Part shown: positions 55,826-64,000 of the stretch, piece by piece | How the letters are laid out: every line of letters starts with the position of its first letter | How positions within the stretch are numbered: position 1 is the first letter of the stretch | From: Clostridia bacterium | GTDB taxonomy: Bacteria > Bacillota > Clostridia > Oscillospirales > CAG-272 | Assembly: GCA_017624905.1 (NCBI GenBank) | Contig: JAGAMD010000012.1 | Location: 506-64,505, forward strand | Length of the DNA: 64,000 nt | Direction of reading: 5' to 3' | Notes under the pieces: generated by a model | Seen by the model: only the letters and a program-made list of their open reading frames with translations | What the model was told of the DNA's origin: nothing | Databases searched by the model: none | Translations under genes and position numbers: made by a program

Positions 55826-56749
55826 ATGATAGTTTATACTGAGCTTAAGTCAATAGAAAAGGATTTAGGTATTCCACTAAAAACATTGTTTTCGGTTAGC
55901 AATAATCTGTCGAGCCACTACAAAAAGGTAAAAATTGCTAAAAAGAATGGTGGAACAAGAGAGCTACGCGTACCGGACTATATTTTAAAGAAAATTCAAA
56001 GAGCGATTTGTGATACCTTTCTTGTATATGAGCCTATTTCTAAATACGCACAAGCATATCGCTTTGGCTCAAGCGTTCAAAAAAATGCTTCGTATCATAT
56101 AAACATGAAAAAGATACTCAAGCTCGATATAAAGCACTTTTTTGATAGTATTCTTTATACCACAGTAAAGGACAAGTGCTTCCCAAGTGATAGATTTTCA
56201 GAGCCTATAAGAATACTTTTAAGTGTGCTTTGCTATTATGGTGATGCGTTGCCACAGGGTGCACCATCCTCGCCAGTAATAACCAATATTATTATGAAGG
56301 ATTTTGATATAGAGGTTGGTAGCTTTTGCGAAAAGAGAAATATATCATACACAAGATACTGCGACGATATGACCTTTTCAGGAGATTTTGACGAAAAAGA
56401 GATAATTTCATTTGTCAAGGAAAAGCTGTTTAGCTGTGGTTATTTAATCAACAACAAAAAGACAACTGTTGTGAAAGAGGGCAAATGTCAATTAGTTACA
56501 GGAATAGTAGTAAATAAAAGACTATCAACCCCATCTGAGTATAAGGCAAAAATAAGGCAAGAAATCTATTTTGGCACAAAATACGGCTTTGAAAACCACT
56601 TAAATCATACAGGCAACCAAACTGAGCTAAAAAGCTACATAGAATCGCTGCTTGGCAGAGTATCATTTGCATTACAAACCGAGCCCGACAATAATGAGTT
56701 TAAAAAATACAAGGCTCAGCTTATAAAGTATAAAAAGAGCATATCATAA
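55826..56749 (+). CDS. Retron-type reverse transcriptase
   Basis: NASYH (NAxxH), LKLDIKHFFDSI, LPQGAPSSPVITN, YTRYCDDMTFS (YxDD), QLVTGIVVN (VTG), C-terminal LLGRVSFAL. It is colinear with my recollection of Ec86 RT. I prefer ATG 55826 (alternative 55811), because the track start 55763 lies inside the msd hairpin. Confidence 0.85.
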   Translation: MIVYTELKSIEKDLGIPLKTLFSVSNNLSSHYKKVKIAKKNGGTRELRVPDYILKKIQRAICDTFLVYEPISKYAQAYRFGSSVQKNASYHINMKKILKLDIKHFFDSILYTTVKDKCFPSDRFSEPIRILLSVLCYYGDALPQGAPSSPVITNIIMKDFDIEVGSFCEKRNISYTRYCDDMTFSGDFDEKEIISFVKEKLFSCGYLINNKKTTVVKEGKCQLVTGIVVNKRLSTPSEYKAKIRQEIYFGTKYGFENHLNHTGNQTELKSYIESLLGRVSFALQTEPDNNEFKKYKAQLIKYKKSIS

Positions 56750-56750
56750 A

Positions 56751-56776
56751 AGCACACTGATAGTGTGCTTTTTTTA
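56751..56776 (+). terminator. Rho-independent terminator immediately after the RT gene
   Basis: AGCACACT gat AGTGTGCT followed by TTTTTTT. Confidence 0.85.
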
Positions 56777-56892
56777 TTGTTGCAATATTATATAATTTAT
56801 GTTAAAATAGAAAAAGAGTTAGACTAAAGCAAGGTGAAGGTATAAGCTATCACTCGCTTTTTATTATATCATCAAGCTTTTTGGGGGAGTAT

Positions 56893-58407
56893 ATGAAGAA
56901 AAAATACATTCTGGCACTTGACGAGGGGACAACTAGTGCTCGTGCCATTTTGTTTGACAAGCAAGCCAACATAGTTTCTCAGGCACAACACGAAATTCCT
57001 ATGATTTATCCAAAATCTGGTTGGGTTGAGCAAAATCCAATGGACATTTATGCAAGCCAATACGCAGCATTAACAGAGTGTATTGCCAAAAGTGGTATAT
57101 CTCCTGAGCAAATTGTCGGCGTTGGTATTACCAACCAAAGAGAAACAGTTGTCGTTTGGGATAAAACCACAGGTATGCCTATTTGCAACGCAATTGTGTG
57201 GCAGTGTCGACGCACCGCCGATATTTGCAAGGAGCTAATAGATGGCGGATATTCCGACTATATACGCAATATTACAGGACTTAGAATAGATCCATATTTT
57301 AGCGGTACTAAAATAAAATGGATACTTGATAATGTTGAGGGAGCAAGAGAAAAGGCAAAAGCAGGTGAGCTTATGGCAGGCACAGTTGATACTTGGCTTG
57401 TTTGGAAGCTTACCGATGGGCGAGTTTTTGTTACCGACAGAACAAACGCATCAAGAACAATGCTTTGCAATATACACAAGTGTGAATGGGATCAAAAATT
57501 GCTCGATATACTTGATATTCCAAGAGAGATGCTACCTGAAATTAAGAGTAGCAGTGAGCTTTTTGGTACATTTGAATGTATGGGTGCTGACCTCGATATT
57601 ACAGGTATTGCGGGAGACCAGCAATCAGCACTGTTTGGTCAAGCCTGCTTTAGCGAGGGCGAGGCAAAGAACACATATGGTACAGGATGCTTCCTACTTG
57701 CCCATACAGGTAAAAACGCAATTGAAAGTAAGCACGGCTTACTTACAACAATAGTAGCCGATGAAAAGGATAGACCTATTGAGTATGCACTAGAGGGAAG
57801 CGTATTTGTGGGTGGTGCTGTCATTCGTTGGCTAAGAGATGAATTAAAGCTAATTCACGAGTCCTTAGATAGTGAGTATTTTGCTTGTAAAATAAAGGAC
57901 AGTGGCGGTGTATATTTTGTTCCGGCATTTAGTGGGCTTGGTGCGCCTGTTTGGGATATGCACGCAAGAGGCACAATTTTTGGACTTACCGCAGGTACGG
58001 GCAAGGACCATATTATTCGTGCCGCACTTGAGTCAATAGCTTATCAAACCGAGGATGTAATAGAGGCTATGGATGCCGATATTGAGCTGTTTTATGGCAA
58101 TAATAAACACGCAATATCGCTATTGAGAGTTGACGGTGGTGCATCAGCAAACGATTTGCTTATGCAAATGCAAAGCGACTATTCAAGAATTTCCGTACAA
58201 AGGTCAACAACTGCCGAGGCAACAGCCTTAGGTGCTGCCTTTCTTGCCGGACTCGCTGTTGGATTTTTCAAAAATAGAGAAGAAATCAAGTCGCTTGTAT
58301 CAGCAGGTAAAGCCTTTGCACCAAAAATGAGCGAAGAGGAATCACAAAAGAGCATAAATGGATGGCACAGAGCCTTAGAGGCTTGCAGAAAATTCAGCGA
58401 GGAATAA
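56893..58407 (+). CDS. glpK: Glycerol kinase
   Basis: [30 protein letters not shown], FGTxGxxL-type FGGY kinase motifs. GGGGGAG RBS before ATG 56893. Confidence 0.92.
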   Translation: MKKKYILALDEGTTSARAILFDKQANIVSQAQHEIPMIYPKSGWVEQNPMDIYASQYAALTECIAKSGISPEQIVGVGITNQRETVVVWDKTTGMPICNAIVWQCRRTADICKELIDGGYSDYIRNITGLRIDPYFSGTKIKWILDNVEGAREKAKAGELMAGTVDTWLVWKLTDGRVFVTDRTNASRTMLCNIHKCEWDQKLLDILDIPREMLPEIKSSSELFGTFECMGADLDITGIAGDQQSALFGQACFSEGEAKNTYGTGCFLLAHTGKNAIESKHGLLTTIVADEKDRPIEYALEGSVFVGGAVIRWLRDELKLIHESLDSEYFACKIKDSGGVYFVPAFSGLGAPVWDMHARGTIFGLTAGTGKDHIIRAALESIAYQTEDVIEAMDADIELFYGNNKHAISLLRVDGGASANDLLMQMQSDYSRISVQRSTTAEATALGAAFLAGLAVGFFKNREEIKSLVSAGKAFAPKMSEEESQKSINGWHRALEACRKFSEE

Positions 58408-59334
58408 ATGGTAGAAAAAAAGAAATTTAGCGTTTTATCATCGGATGGTATTCATACATTATCCGGTTATGTATATTTGCCAAAGGGAGAGGCTAAGGGG
58501 CTATTTCACGCCGTACACGGAATGACAGAGCATATATCAAGATATGATAAGCTTTTTACCGCTATGGCAGAGGATGGTTGGATTAGCTTTGGCTACGACC
58601 ACCTAGGCCACGGAGAAACCGTAAACGACGATAGTGAGCTAGGCTATATAGCAAAGAAAAACGGTTGGGATTATTTAGCTAAGGATGTCTATGTGTTTTC
58701 CCAAGCTGTAAGAGAAGAATTTGGCACACAAGATATGAAATATTGTCTTTTAGGTCATAGTATGGGCTCGTTTATCGTGCGAATATCAGCAGAAAGATAT
58801 GTAAAACCGAGCTCACTTATCATAATGGGCACAGCCGGTAAAAATTCGGCAGCCGATATGGCAATTATGCTAATTAATATGATAAAGCTGTTCAAGGGAG
58901 AAAGGCATATTTCCAAGCTTATGAACAATATTGCCTTTGGTAGCTACAACAAACGCTTTGGCAAGGACACAGAAGAGGACCCCAAGCTATGGCTTTCAAC
59001 ACTTAAAGAGTCAAGAGATTTGTACTATAACGACAAATATTGTATGTTTGATTTTACTCTTAGCGCAATGAAGGATTTGATGAAGCTCATCAAATATTCA
59101 AACAGTAGTGCTTGGTATAAAAATTTGCCAAATGATTTTCCGGTTCTGCTTCTATCCGGTAAGGATGACCCGGTCGGTAGCTTTGGCAAGGGAGTCTTGG
59201 AGGTAGAAGCCAAGCTCAAAAAACAGGGCAAAAATGCTACCTGTAAGCTATATGAGGGTGCAAGACACGAAATACTAAACGATTTTTGCTACGACGAGGT
59301 ACTTGCCGATATTAAAGAGTTTTGCGCTAAATAA
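58408..59334 (+). CDS. Alpha/beta hydrolase (lysophospholipase / monoacylglycerol lipase-like)
   Basis: HGMTEH and GHSMGS nucleophile elbow, C-terminal ARHEIL. The ATG directly abuts the glpK stop. Confidence 0.75.
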   Translation: MVEKKKFSVLSSDGIHTLSGYVYLPKGEAKGLFHAVHGMTEHISRYDKLFTAMAEDGWISFGYDHLGHGETVNDDSELGYIAKKNGWDYLAKDVYVFSQAVREEFGTQDMKYCLLGHSMGSFIVRISAERYVKPSSLIIMGTAGKNSAADMAIMLINMIKLFKGERHISKLMNNIAFGSYNKRFGKDTEEDPKLWLSTLKESRDLYYNDKYCMFDFTLSAMKDLMKLIKYSNSSAWYKNLPNDFPVLLLSGKDDPVGSFGKGVLEVEAKLKKQGKNATCKLYEGARHEILNDFCYDEVLADIKEFCAK

Positions 59335-59337
59335 GTA

Positions 59338-59364
59338 AAAGCACACCGAAAAGGTGTGCTTTTG
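59338..59364. terminator. Bidirectional rho-independent terminator
   Basis: GCACACC gaaaa GGTGTGC with flanking A/T runs. Confidence 0.85.
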
Positions 59365-60333
59365 TTATTCAGCTATGCTTATTTTAATATCACCTGTGTC
59401 GGTGGTTACCTTGCACTTTCCACCGCTTGTTGTTCCCGGCAATTTTATATTGCCCGTGTCTGAGCTAGGTATAAATATCTTTTCTGTAAGTAGTGTGCCT
59501 GTTACATCACCGGTGTCTGTTTTAATTGTAATTTCACTCGCATCTGACAAGTCGAGCGTAACATCTCCGGTGCTCCTTTCGATAGAGAAGCTTCCTTGTG
59601 CAATAACATTTTTAAGTGTGATATCGCCGGTGCTTCCTTTTGAAAAAAGGTTTTTGCACTGTACATTTTCAAGATTAGATTTGCCTGTGGATACCTTGAT
59701 AGATACATCGCCCTCGCATTTAACATTTGATGCCTTTATCTTTCCTGTGGTAACGGTAATATCAAGCGATGATGTTGATATACCGTCAATATTAACACCA
59801 CCTGTGCTTGTTTTTATTTTAGTAGCACCAAGTGAGGATGCACAAGCTGTTACATCTCCGGTACTTATTGAAATATCAATACTACTAAAGCTGAAATCCT
59901 TGGGGATATTAATATCTCCTGTGTTTGAAGTAATATTAAGTGCGTCGTATGATTTTTTAGGTAAATAAACAGTTATTTTGGGAGAGCCAAATGAGAAAAG
60001 AGTAATATGCTCGTACCATTTTCTTGTGTCGTTTAGCTCAATTTTTAGTGCACCACCGTCAGCACTTACATTGTGGTTTAAATTTTTTTGCTCAAAAAGA
60101 ACAACCTTAACCTTTTCGTTATCACCGGGCAAGAAAACAATGTCGGAAGTGTCAGTTTTTATAAGAATATTATTAAAGTCGTCGGTTATTTCATATTCAT
60201 TTGTCTCATATTCCGTACTTGATAGCTTTGTAAAGTCCCATTTTAAAATTGACATACCCGCAACAAAAATGATCGAAGCAAGTACAATTAAGCCACCGGC
60301 AACTATTAAGCTAATTTTTGTCTTCAACTTCAT
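59365..60333 (-). CDS. DUF4097-like beta-strand-repeat protein with an N-terminal membrane anchor
   Basis: N-terminal TM helix, then reiterated (S/T)TGD(V/I) motifs about every 17-25 aa (STGDVTA, STGGVNI, TTGKIKA, STGKSNL, STGDITL, STGDVTL, DTGDVTG, DTGNIKL, DTGDIKI). Confidence 0.75.
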   Translation of the reverse strand: MKLKTKISLIVAGGLIVLASIIFVAGMSILKWDFTKLSSTEYETNEYEITDDFNNILIKTDTSDIVFLPGDNEKVKVVLFEQKNLNHNVSADGGALKIELNDTRKWYEHITLFSFGSPKITVYLPKKSYDALNITSNTGDINIPKDFSFSSIDISISTGDVTACASSLGATKIKTSTGGVNIDGISTSSLDITVTTGKIKASNVKCEGDVSIKVSTGKSNLENVQCKNLFSKGSTGDITLKNVIAQGSFSIERSTGDVTLDLSDASEITIKTDTGDVTGTLLTEKIFIPSSDTGNIKLPGTTSGGKCKVTTDTGDIKISIAE

Positions 60334-60935
60334 TGTGTTACATCCTTTCTTTTAACTAAGCATTTTTTAATTGACAAGATGAGCATTTTTGTAAGCTTTA
60401 GTATGCCCTTTATTGTTTCAAGGCAACCAAAGAATAGTAAAATAGCGAGTCCACCTGCTAAAAGAGCAGTTGCAAAAGCAATAGTGCCACTAGCATATTG
60501 TCCTGTAAACAAGGCTACAAACCCTACAACCAAAACAGCGGGTGCTGAAACAGCAAGTGAAGTAAACACAGCCCAGAGGGAAATAGCCACTGACCATATA
60601 ACCACATAAAGAGACAAAACAACAGCTAAGACAGCAACTAAAATAGAGAGCCAAATTGGCGAGCCAAGCACTAAAAGTACAATTTCCCACGCTTTAATTT
60701 GTCTTTTTGGCTTGATTTTTTCCTTTACAATTTTAGAAAGAGGAGTAGAAGCAACAATTTGTGATGCAACCTCATCCGGTGTGCCGATTTCATTTATAGC
60801 CTCATCCTCGCTTTTTCCGTCCTCAATTCTGTCATCTATCATTTCACCATAGAAGCTAAGACGCTCATCAATATCGTCCTTAGGCAAGCCTGAAATTCTC
60901 GCCCTTAAGGCTTCAAGAAATTCTAACTTATTCAT
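60330..60935 (-). CDS. DUF1700-like membrane protein
   Basis: MNKLEFLEALRARISGLPKDDIDERLSFYGEMIDD is typical of DUF1700, followed by TM helices. GGAGGA 5 nt before ATG 60935. Confidence 0.7.
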   Translation of the reverse strand: MNKLEFLEALRARISGLPKDDIDERLSFYGEMIDDRIEDGKSEDEAINEIGTPDEVASQIVASTPLSKIVKEKIKPKRQIKAWEIVLLVLGSPIWLSILVAVLAVVLSLYVVIWSVAISLWAVFTSLAVSAPAVLVVGFVALFTGQYASGTIAFATALLAGGLAILLFFGCLETIKGILKLTKMLILSIKKCLVKRKDVTQ

Positions 60936-61245
60936 TTGCATCCTCCTTCGTTATGAATTTATAAATAGACATAACCTCACGCCATTCCTCCTTAAAGGTC
61001 TCAATGCGAGAAAGTCCTGCCTTCGTTATTCGATAATATTTACGTAGCCTACCATCGTGCTCACAAGAGTAAACAGTCAGTAGCTTTGCAGATTCTAAAC
61101 GCTTTAAAATAGTGTAAAGAGTCGATTCCGACAGCTCAATATAAGGCTTTACATCCTTTATGATTTTATAACCATAAGAGTCCTCATCCTTAATCGCAGC
61201 TAAAACACATACATCAAGTATTCCACGCTTTAATTGAATGTCCAT
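60928..61245 (-). CDS. PadR-family transcriptional regulator
   Basis: LDVCVLAAIKDEDSYGYKIIKDV...STLYTILKRLESAKLL...GRLRKYYRITKAG. Start ATG 61245 with GGAGAAGG RBS. Confidence 0.85.
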   Translation of the reverse strand: MDIQLKRGILDVCVLAAIKDEDSYGYKIIKDVKPYIELSESTLYTILKRLESAKLLTVYSCEHDGRLRKYYRITKAGLSRIETFKEEWREVMSIYKFITKEDANE

Positions 61246-61363
61246 ATCCTTCTCCTTTCTCAAAAAATACCTCACCTTACACAATACATCATATCACGAG
61301 GTATATGAAATGTCAATAATTTTCTGAAATTTTTTGCAAGAAAAGAGAAGTGGGATGGAAGAA

Positions 61364-61383
61364 AAAACAAAAAGGACACCGAA
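61364..61383 (+). repeat. 20-bp direct repeat, copy 1 (AAAACAAAAAGGACACCGAA)
   Basis: Identical 20-mer at 62710-62729. Copy 1 forms the left arm of the terminator hairpin. Confidence 0.8.
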
Positions 61384-61398
61384 TTGGTGTCCTTTTGA
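61369..61398 (-). terminator. Rho-independent terminator after the GT11-like gene
   Basis: AAAAAGGACACC gaat TGGTGTCCTTTT. Confidence 0.8.
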
Positions 61399-61407
61399 TA
61401 ATGATAA

Positions 61408-62313
61408 TTAACAAAGCTTTCTTCTGATTTCTTCGACGTATTCGTCTGGAATTTTGTCGAGTGCAGATATTTCCTTAGCATCATCGTATTCTTGTAGAAT
61501 CTTTTGTTTTTCTTGGTTAGGGAACATAACAGTTGTCATTCTTCCAAGATATCTTGCCCACATTGAAAATGATGATCCTGAAGCAACAAAGACACCGGCC
61601 TTGGAGAGTGCAAGAACATCTGCAATTGATGTTTTAAATGTTTTTCTTTCTACATTTTCTAAATCTAGTAAAGGTTTTAGCTCTTTATTTTTTCCATCTG
61701 AGAAAACATATATTTTTACATCTTTTCCTGCTATTCTGCGTAGCTCTTTAGCCATTGTTACATACCATTCTATTGGAATGGAGCTGCAATGGCGTCCGGC
61801 AAGAACCTCATCCCAAGTAACTCGGGTGAAATCTCCCAGTCTAACGTGCATACAAATAGCTTTAGAAGCATCAAAATCTAGAGCCGTTCTGTTTCTTTTC
61901 GCCAGATTTTTTACTATGTCGTCATAAACGATTTTGCTGTCATGCATAATAGGCTCAAAGCAATCTTCGAATCCGGTTAACTCAATAATTTTGTCATCAA
62001 AGTCCATATTTTCAAGTGCTTGGCTTTCAGAAATTTTTTTCTTGCTAAGTAGTAATCTTGTTTTTTTGAAGCCCTTTATATAACCTGATCTGTTTCTAAA
62101 AAGATTATGGTAAAAACGCTTGTCCTTTTCAAAACGTAAGATAGGTCCTAGCTTAATGCTAAACCAAGTAGGCCAAATCAATTTTACATTCTCAAACTTT
62201 TTTGCATAAACAACACCACGAGCATATGTAAACAAAATATTTCCTAATCCAGCTCCGCCAATTCTACAAAAATGCAAGTCTGCATTAGAAAGCTTTGGAT
62301 AAATATAATTCAT
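61408..62313 (-). CDS. GT11-like glycosyltransferase (alpha-1,2-fucosyltransferase-like)
   Basis: IGGAGLGNILFTYA (compare GT11 GGLGNQMFQYA), HVRLGDF (compare HVRRGDY), VFSDG (compare FSDD). Start ATG 62313 with GGAGAA RBS. Confidence 0.55.
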   Translation of the reverse strand: MNYIYPKLSNADLHFCRIGGAGLGNILFTYARGVVYAKKFENVKLIWPTWFSIKLGPILRFEKDKRFYHNLFRNRSGYIKGFKKTRLLLSKKKISESQALENMDFDDKIIELTGFEDCFEPIMHDSKIVYDDIVKNLAKRNRTALDFDASKAICMHVRLGDFTRVTWDEVLAGRHCSSIPIEWYVTMAKELRRIAGKDVKIYVFSDGKNKELKPLLDLENVERKTFKTSIADVLALSKAGVFVASGSSFSMWARYLGRMTTVMFPNQEKQKILQEYDDAKEISALDKIPDEYVEEIRRKLC

Positions 62314-62709
62314 ATTGTTCTCCAATCATAACAAGGATAAAAATTGCTAAATAAAACTATACGATAACATTATATCATATATGCATCAATTAATCAATAA
62401 AAACTTTGTGTTTGTTTTTTAGAAAAATTCAACTGTTTAATAAAAGCTTGTAATGTTAATTTGCAGAGAAGAGAATGATGAAATGTGTGCAAAGCATTGT
62501 CATCAAAGTCTGTTTCTATCTCAGTTATCGCTATGTACCACACGTCAAATCGTAGGGCGAGTATTACTCGTTCGCAAATAATATGTAGGGAAGGGGCTTG
62601 CTCCTCCCGCTTTTTGAAAATATGTAATATCTTTGCGTGTATTGATATTGCGAATGGTATTTATTCGAGTCGGTCGTGGTGCAATTCAAAATCCGACCAC
62701 CGAACAAGC

Positions 62710-62729
62710 AAAACAAAAAGGACACCGAA
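62710..62729 (+). repeat. 20-bp direct repeat, copy 2
   Basis: AAAACAAAAAGGACACCGAA, followed by a different hairpin GGGACACCTAC..GTAGGTGTCCC. Confidence 0.8.
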
Positions 62730-62832
62730 GGGACACCTACCATAAAGCAGGTAGGTGTCCCTTGGCATTTTTGTTGATTGGGTTGGATGCGAGAATGAAT
62801 TGTAGTAAAATCTAATTTTGGAGGATACTACA

Positions 62833-63201
62833 ATGAAAAAGAACTTTGAATCCCTTTATGAAATTCTTGGAGGAACCTACCGTGAGGAAAACGGACACCT
62901 TATTCCTAACGTAAGCCTTTCCGAACAGACCAACTATCAAATCGGCAAGTACGGACGGATGCACCTTGATTACATCAAGCAACACCGTCGCGGAAGGTAC
63001 ACAACGCTTCTAACCGAAAGCAAGTTAAACGCTCAGTTGCACGAAATAGACCTTGAAGCAAATGAAATGCTTGAAGTCATCATCTCCCACCTCGCTACCG
63101 AAAGAGGTATTGACGAGAACTTAAAAGCTCGCGATATGCTCCGTTGGGTTGCCGAGATGAACAACATCAAGTCGAGCGCGGAAGAAATCGTTTTGGTATG
63201 A
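62833..63201 (+). CDS. TnpV-like transposon-associated protein
   Basis: MKKNFESLYEILGGTY...YQIGKYGRMHLDYIKQHRRGRYTTLL..L..HL.EID..A.E.L...M..E.GI.E.LKA...L.WV..MN.I...AEEIVL matches my recollection of Clostridial TnpV proteins. GGAGGA RBS. Confidence 0.65.
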   Translation: MKKNFESLYEILGGTYREENGHLIPNVSLSEQTNYQIGKYGRMHLDYIKQHRRGRYTTLLTESKLNAQLHEIDLEANEMLEVIISHLATERGIDENLKARDMLRWVAEMNNIKSSAEEIVLV

Positions 63202-63470
63202 AATCAATCATCAACGAACTTTGGCACGGAAATATTATCCCGCAAGAAGATAGCCGAACCAACTCCAAGGAAATGAAAGAACTGCTCAGCTATATGTCAA
63301 GGCATCACGAGGACTTGGAAAAGAGCTTCACGGACGAGCAAAAAGAAGTCTTCGAAAAGTTCCACGATTGTTGGAGCGAGTATATGAGCCTTGCAGAAGC
63401 AGCTATATTTGAGTACGCTTTCAAGCTCGGTATGCAGATTGCTATCGAAACATTAACTAATTCAAATTAA
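63198..63470 (+). CDS. Small helical protein commonly found next to TnpV in Clostridial mobile elements (DUF6809-like)
   Basis: MKSIINELWHGNIIPQEDS...FEKFHDCWSEY...FEYAFKLGMQIAIE. ATGA overlap with the tnpV-like stop. Confidence 0.55.
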   Translation: MKSIINELWHGNIIPQEDSRTNSKEMKELLSYMSRHHEDLEKSFTDEQKEVFEKFHDCWSEYMSLAEAAIFEYAFKLGMQIAIETLTNSN

Positions 63471-63482
63471 ATACCTACAAGG

Positions 63483-63515
63483 GGCGCAGGCAGTTTTGTC
63501 TGCGCTCTATCTGTT
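63483..63515 (+). terminator. Hairpin terminator
   Basis: GCGCAGGCA gttt TGTCTGCGC (one G:U), followed by a T-rich tract. Confidence 0.55.
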
Positions 63516-63612
63516 CGTTATGTATAAAGCTTATTACCACTGTTAATTGTCCATATAAGTCCAATAAAGTCTGCCAAAGTATGCATAAATAACAAAAAAT
63601 CCTCAAAATGGC

Positions 63613-63641
63613 TTTACATTCCAAAATAATTGTGATATAAT
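63613..63641 (+). promoter_or_regulatory. Sigma-A promoter of the HTH gene
   Basis: TTTACA, 17 nt, TGaTATAAT. Confidence 0.6.
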
Positions 63642-63673
63642 TATTTTATATATCATTGTTTTAGGAGGATTTT

Positions 63674-63871
63674 ATGACAGAGGAGCTATTTACGGTCTTA
63701 CAAGCTGCTGAATATTTGCAAGTTTGTGAAAAAACTGTTCGTAGACTTATTAATTCTAAAACACTTGCCGCATCAAAGGTGGGTAAAAGTTGGAGAATAA
63801 AGAAATCTGATATAGATAATTATTTATCCGCGACATCAAATTTATCGAAAGGAGCAATCGTCAATGAGTGA
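63674..63871 (+). CDS. Excisionase/MerR-type helix-turn-helix DNA-binding protein
   Basis: LFTVLQAAEYLQVCEKTVRRLINSKTLAASKVGKSWRIKKSDIDNYL, the classic excisionase-family HTH; GGAGGA RBS. Confidence 0.75.
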   Translation: MTEELFTVLQAAEYLQVCEKTVRRLINSKTLAASKVGKSWRIKKSDIDNYLSATSNLSKGAIVNE

Positions 63872-64000
63872 GGAATTGATTCAACGCAATTTGGTAGAAG
63901 CTCCCGAGAAAATGGGAGATTGGAACTTTTACAATATAGGTGCTACCACCCTTAAAGCTTTAAAGGGAGCCAAAATTATTCCTGATCGTGATTACGAAGA
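63864..64000 (+). CDS. Hypothetical protein, N-terminal fragment (continues past the window)
   Basis: ATG 63864 with GGAG 9 nt upstream, overlapping the HTH stop. MSEELIQRNLVEAPEKMGDWNFYNIGATTLKALKGAKIIPDRDYE stays open to the window end. No recognisable motif. Confidence 0.5.
   Translation, partial: MSEELIQRNLVEAPEKMGDWNFYNIGATTLKALKGAKIIPDRDYE

Larger units (their letters stand above)
62730..64000. mobile_element. Probable left end of an integrated mobile element (Tn4451/ICE-type accessory module), continuing beyond the window
   Basis: TnpV-like, DUF6809-like and excisionase-type HTH genes all on the + strand. The GC-richer non-coding stretch 62480-62810 differs from the surrounding AT-rich intergenic DNA. 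No recombinase lies within the window. Confidence 0.4.

Noticed and set aside
59354-59968. 204-aa plus-strand ORF rich in SPV repeats
   Set aside because: It is the antisense reading of the (S/T)TGD(V/I) repeats of the DUF4097-like gene.
61454-61927. 157-aa plus-strand ORF
   Set aside because: It is antisense to the GT11-like gene, which carries recognisable family motifs.
62655-62705. tRNA 3'-end-like sequence (ATTCAAAATCCGACCACCGA resembles a T-loop plus acceptor) as a possible att site
   Set aside because: Only a 5-bp stem can be drawn, and no complete T-arm or acceptor pairing exists. The resemblance is too weak to call a tRNA fragment.
62485-62815. Track ORFs 62485..62745 and 62633..62815
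   Set aside because: They have no RBS and span several hairpins and the 20-bp repeat. Their Arg/Ser/Cys-rich translations are typical of GC-richer non-coding DNA.
1-64000. CRISPR arrays, rRNA/tRNA genes, IS elements with terminal inverted repeats, prophage structural genes
   Set aside because: I scanned the intergenic regions by eye. I found no regularly spaced direct repeats, no rRNA- or tRNA-like structures and no transposase or phage structural ORFs in the track.

Overview
Low-GC, Firmicutes/Clostridia-like chromosomal segment. It is densely coding (about 55 CDS), has clear Gram-positive RBSs and many rho-independent terminators. No rRNA, tRNA or CRISPR array was seen. The window holds four kinds of content. 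(1) 1-7533 encodes a giant secreted surface protein, truncated by the window edge and absent from the ORF track, that carries cohesin-like and dockerin modules; its upstream partner is a cohesin-like lipoprotein. (2) Housekeeping genes: mnmA, nnr, cmk-plsC-ispH/rpsA fusion, asnS, glpK, a DinG/XPD-like helicase and an ABC-F ATPase. (3) Dispersed glycan-degradation genes: GH78, a divergent GH78-like protein, GH35, a SASA-type acetylesterase and a GH106-like protein. (4) Three nucleic-acid defence-type loci. The first is an Mrr-like nuclease translationally coupled to an alpha/beta hydrolase (16798-18759). The second is a methyltransferase-less McrBC/LlaJI-like pair with an uncharacterised N-terminal domain (48363-51734). 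The third, and the best candidate for something new, is a retron at 55584-56776. It has a consensus promoter, an msr/msd with an 18-bp a1/a2 duplex and an Ec86-like RT, but no fused or adjacent effector gene. The right end (from about 62480) looks like the edge of an integrated mobile element (TnpV, DUF6809-like and excisionase-type HTH genes), and a 20-bp direct repeat brackets the last chromosomal gene. All calls come from reading motifs in the sequence and ORF translations; no database search was possible.
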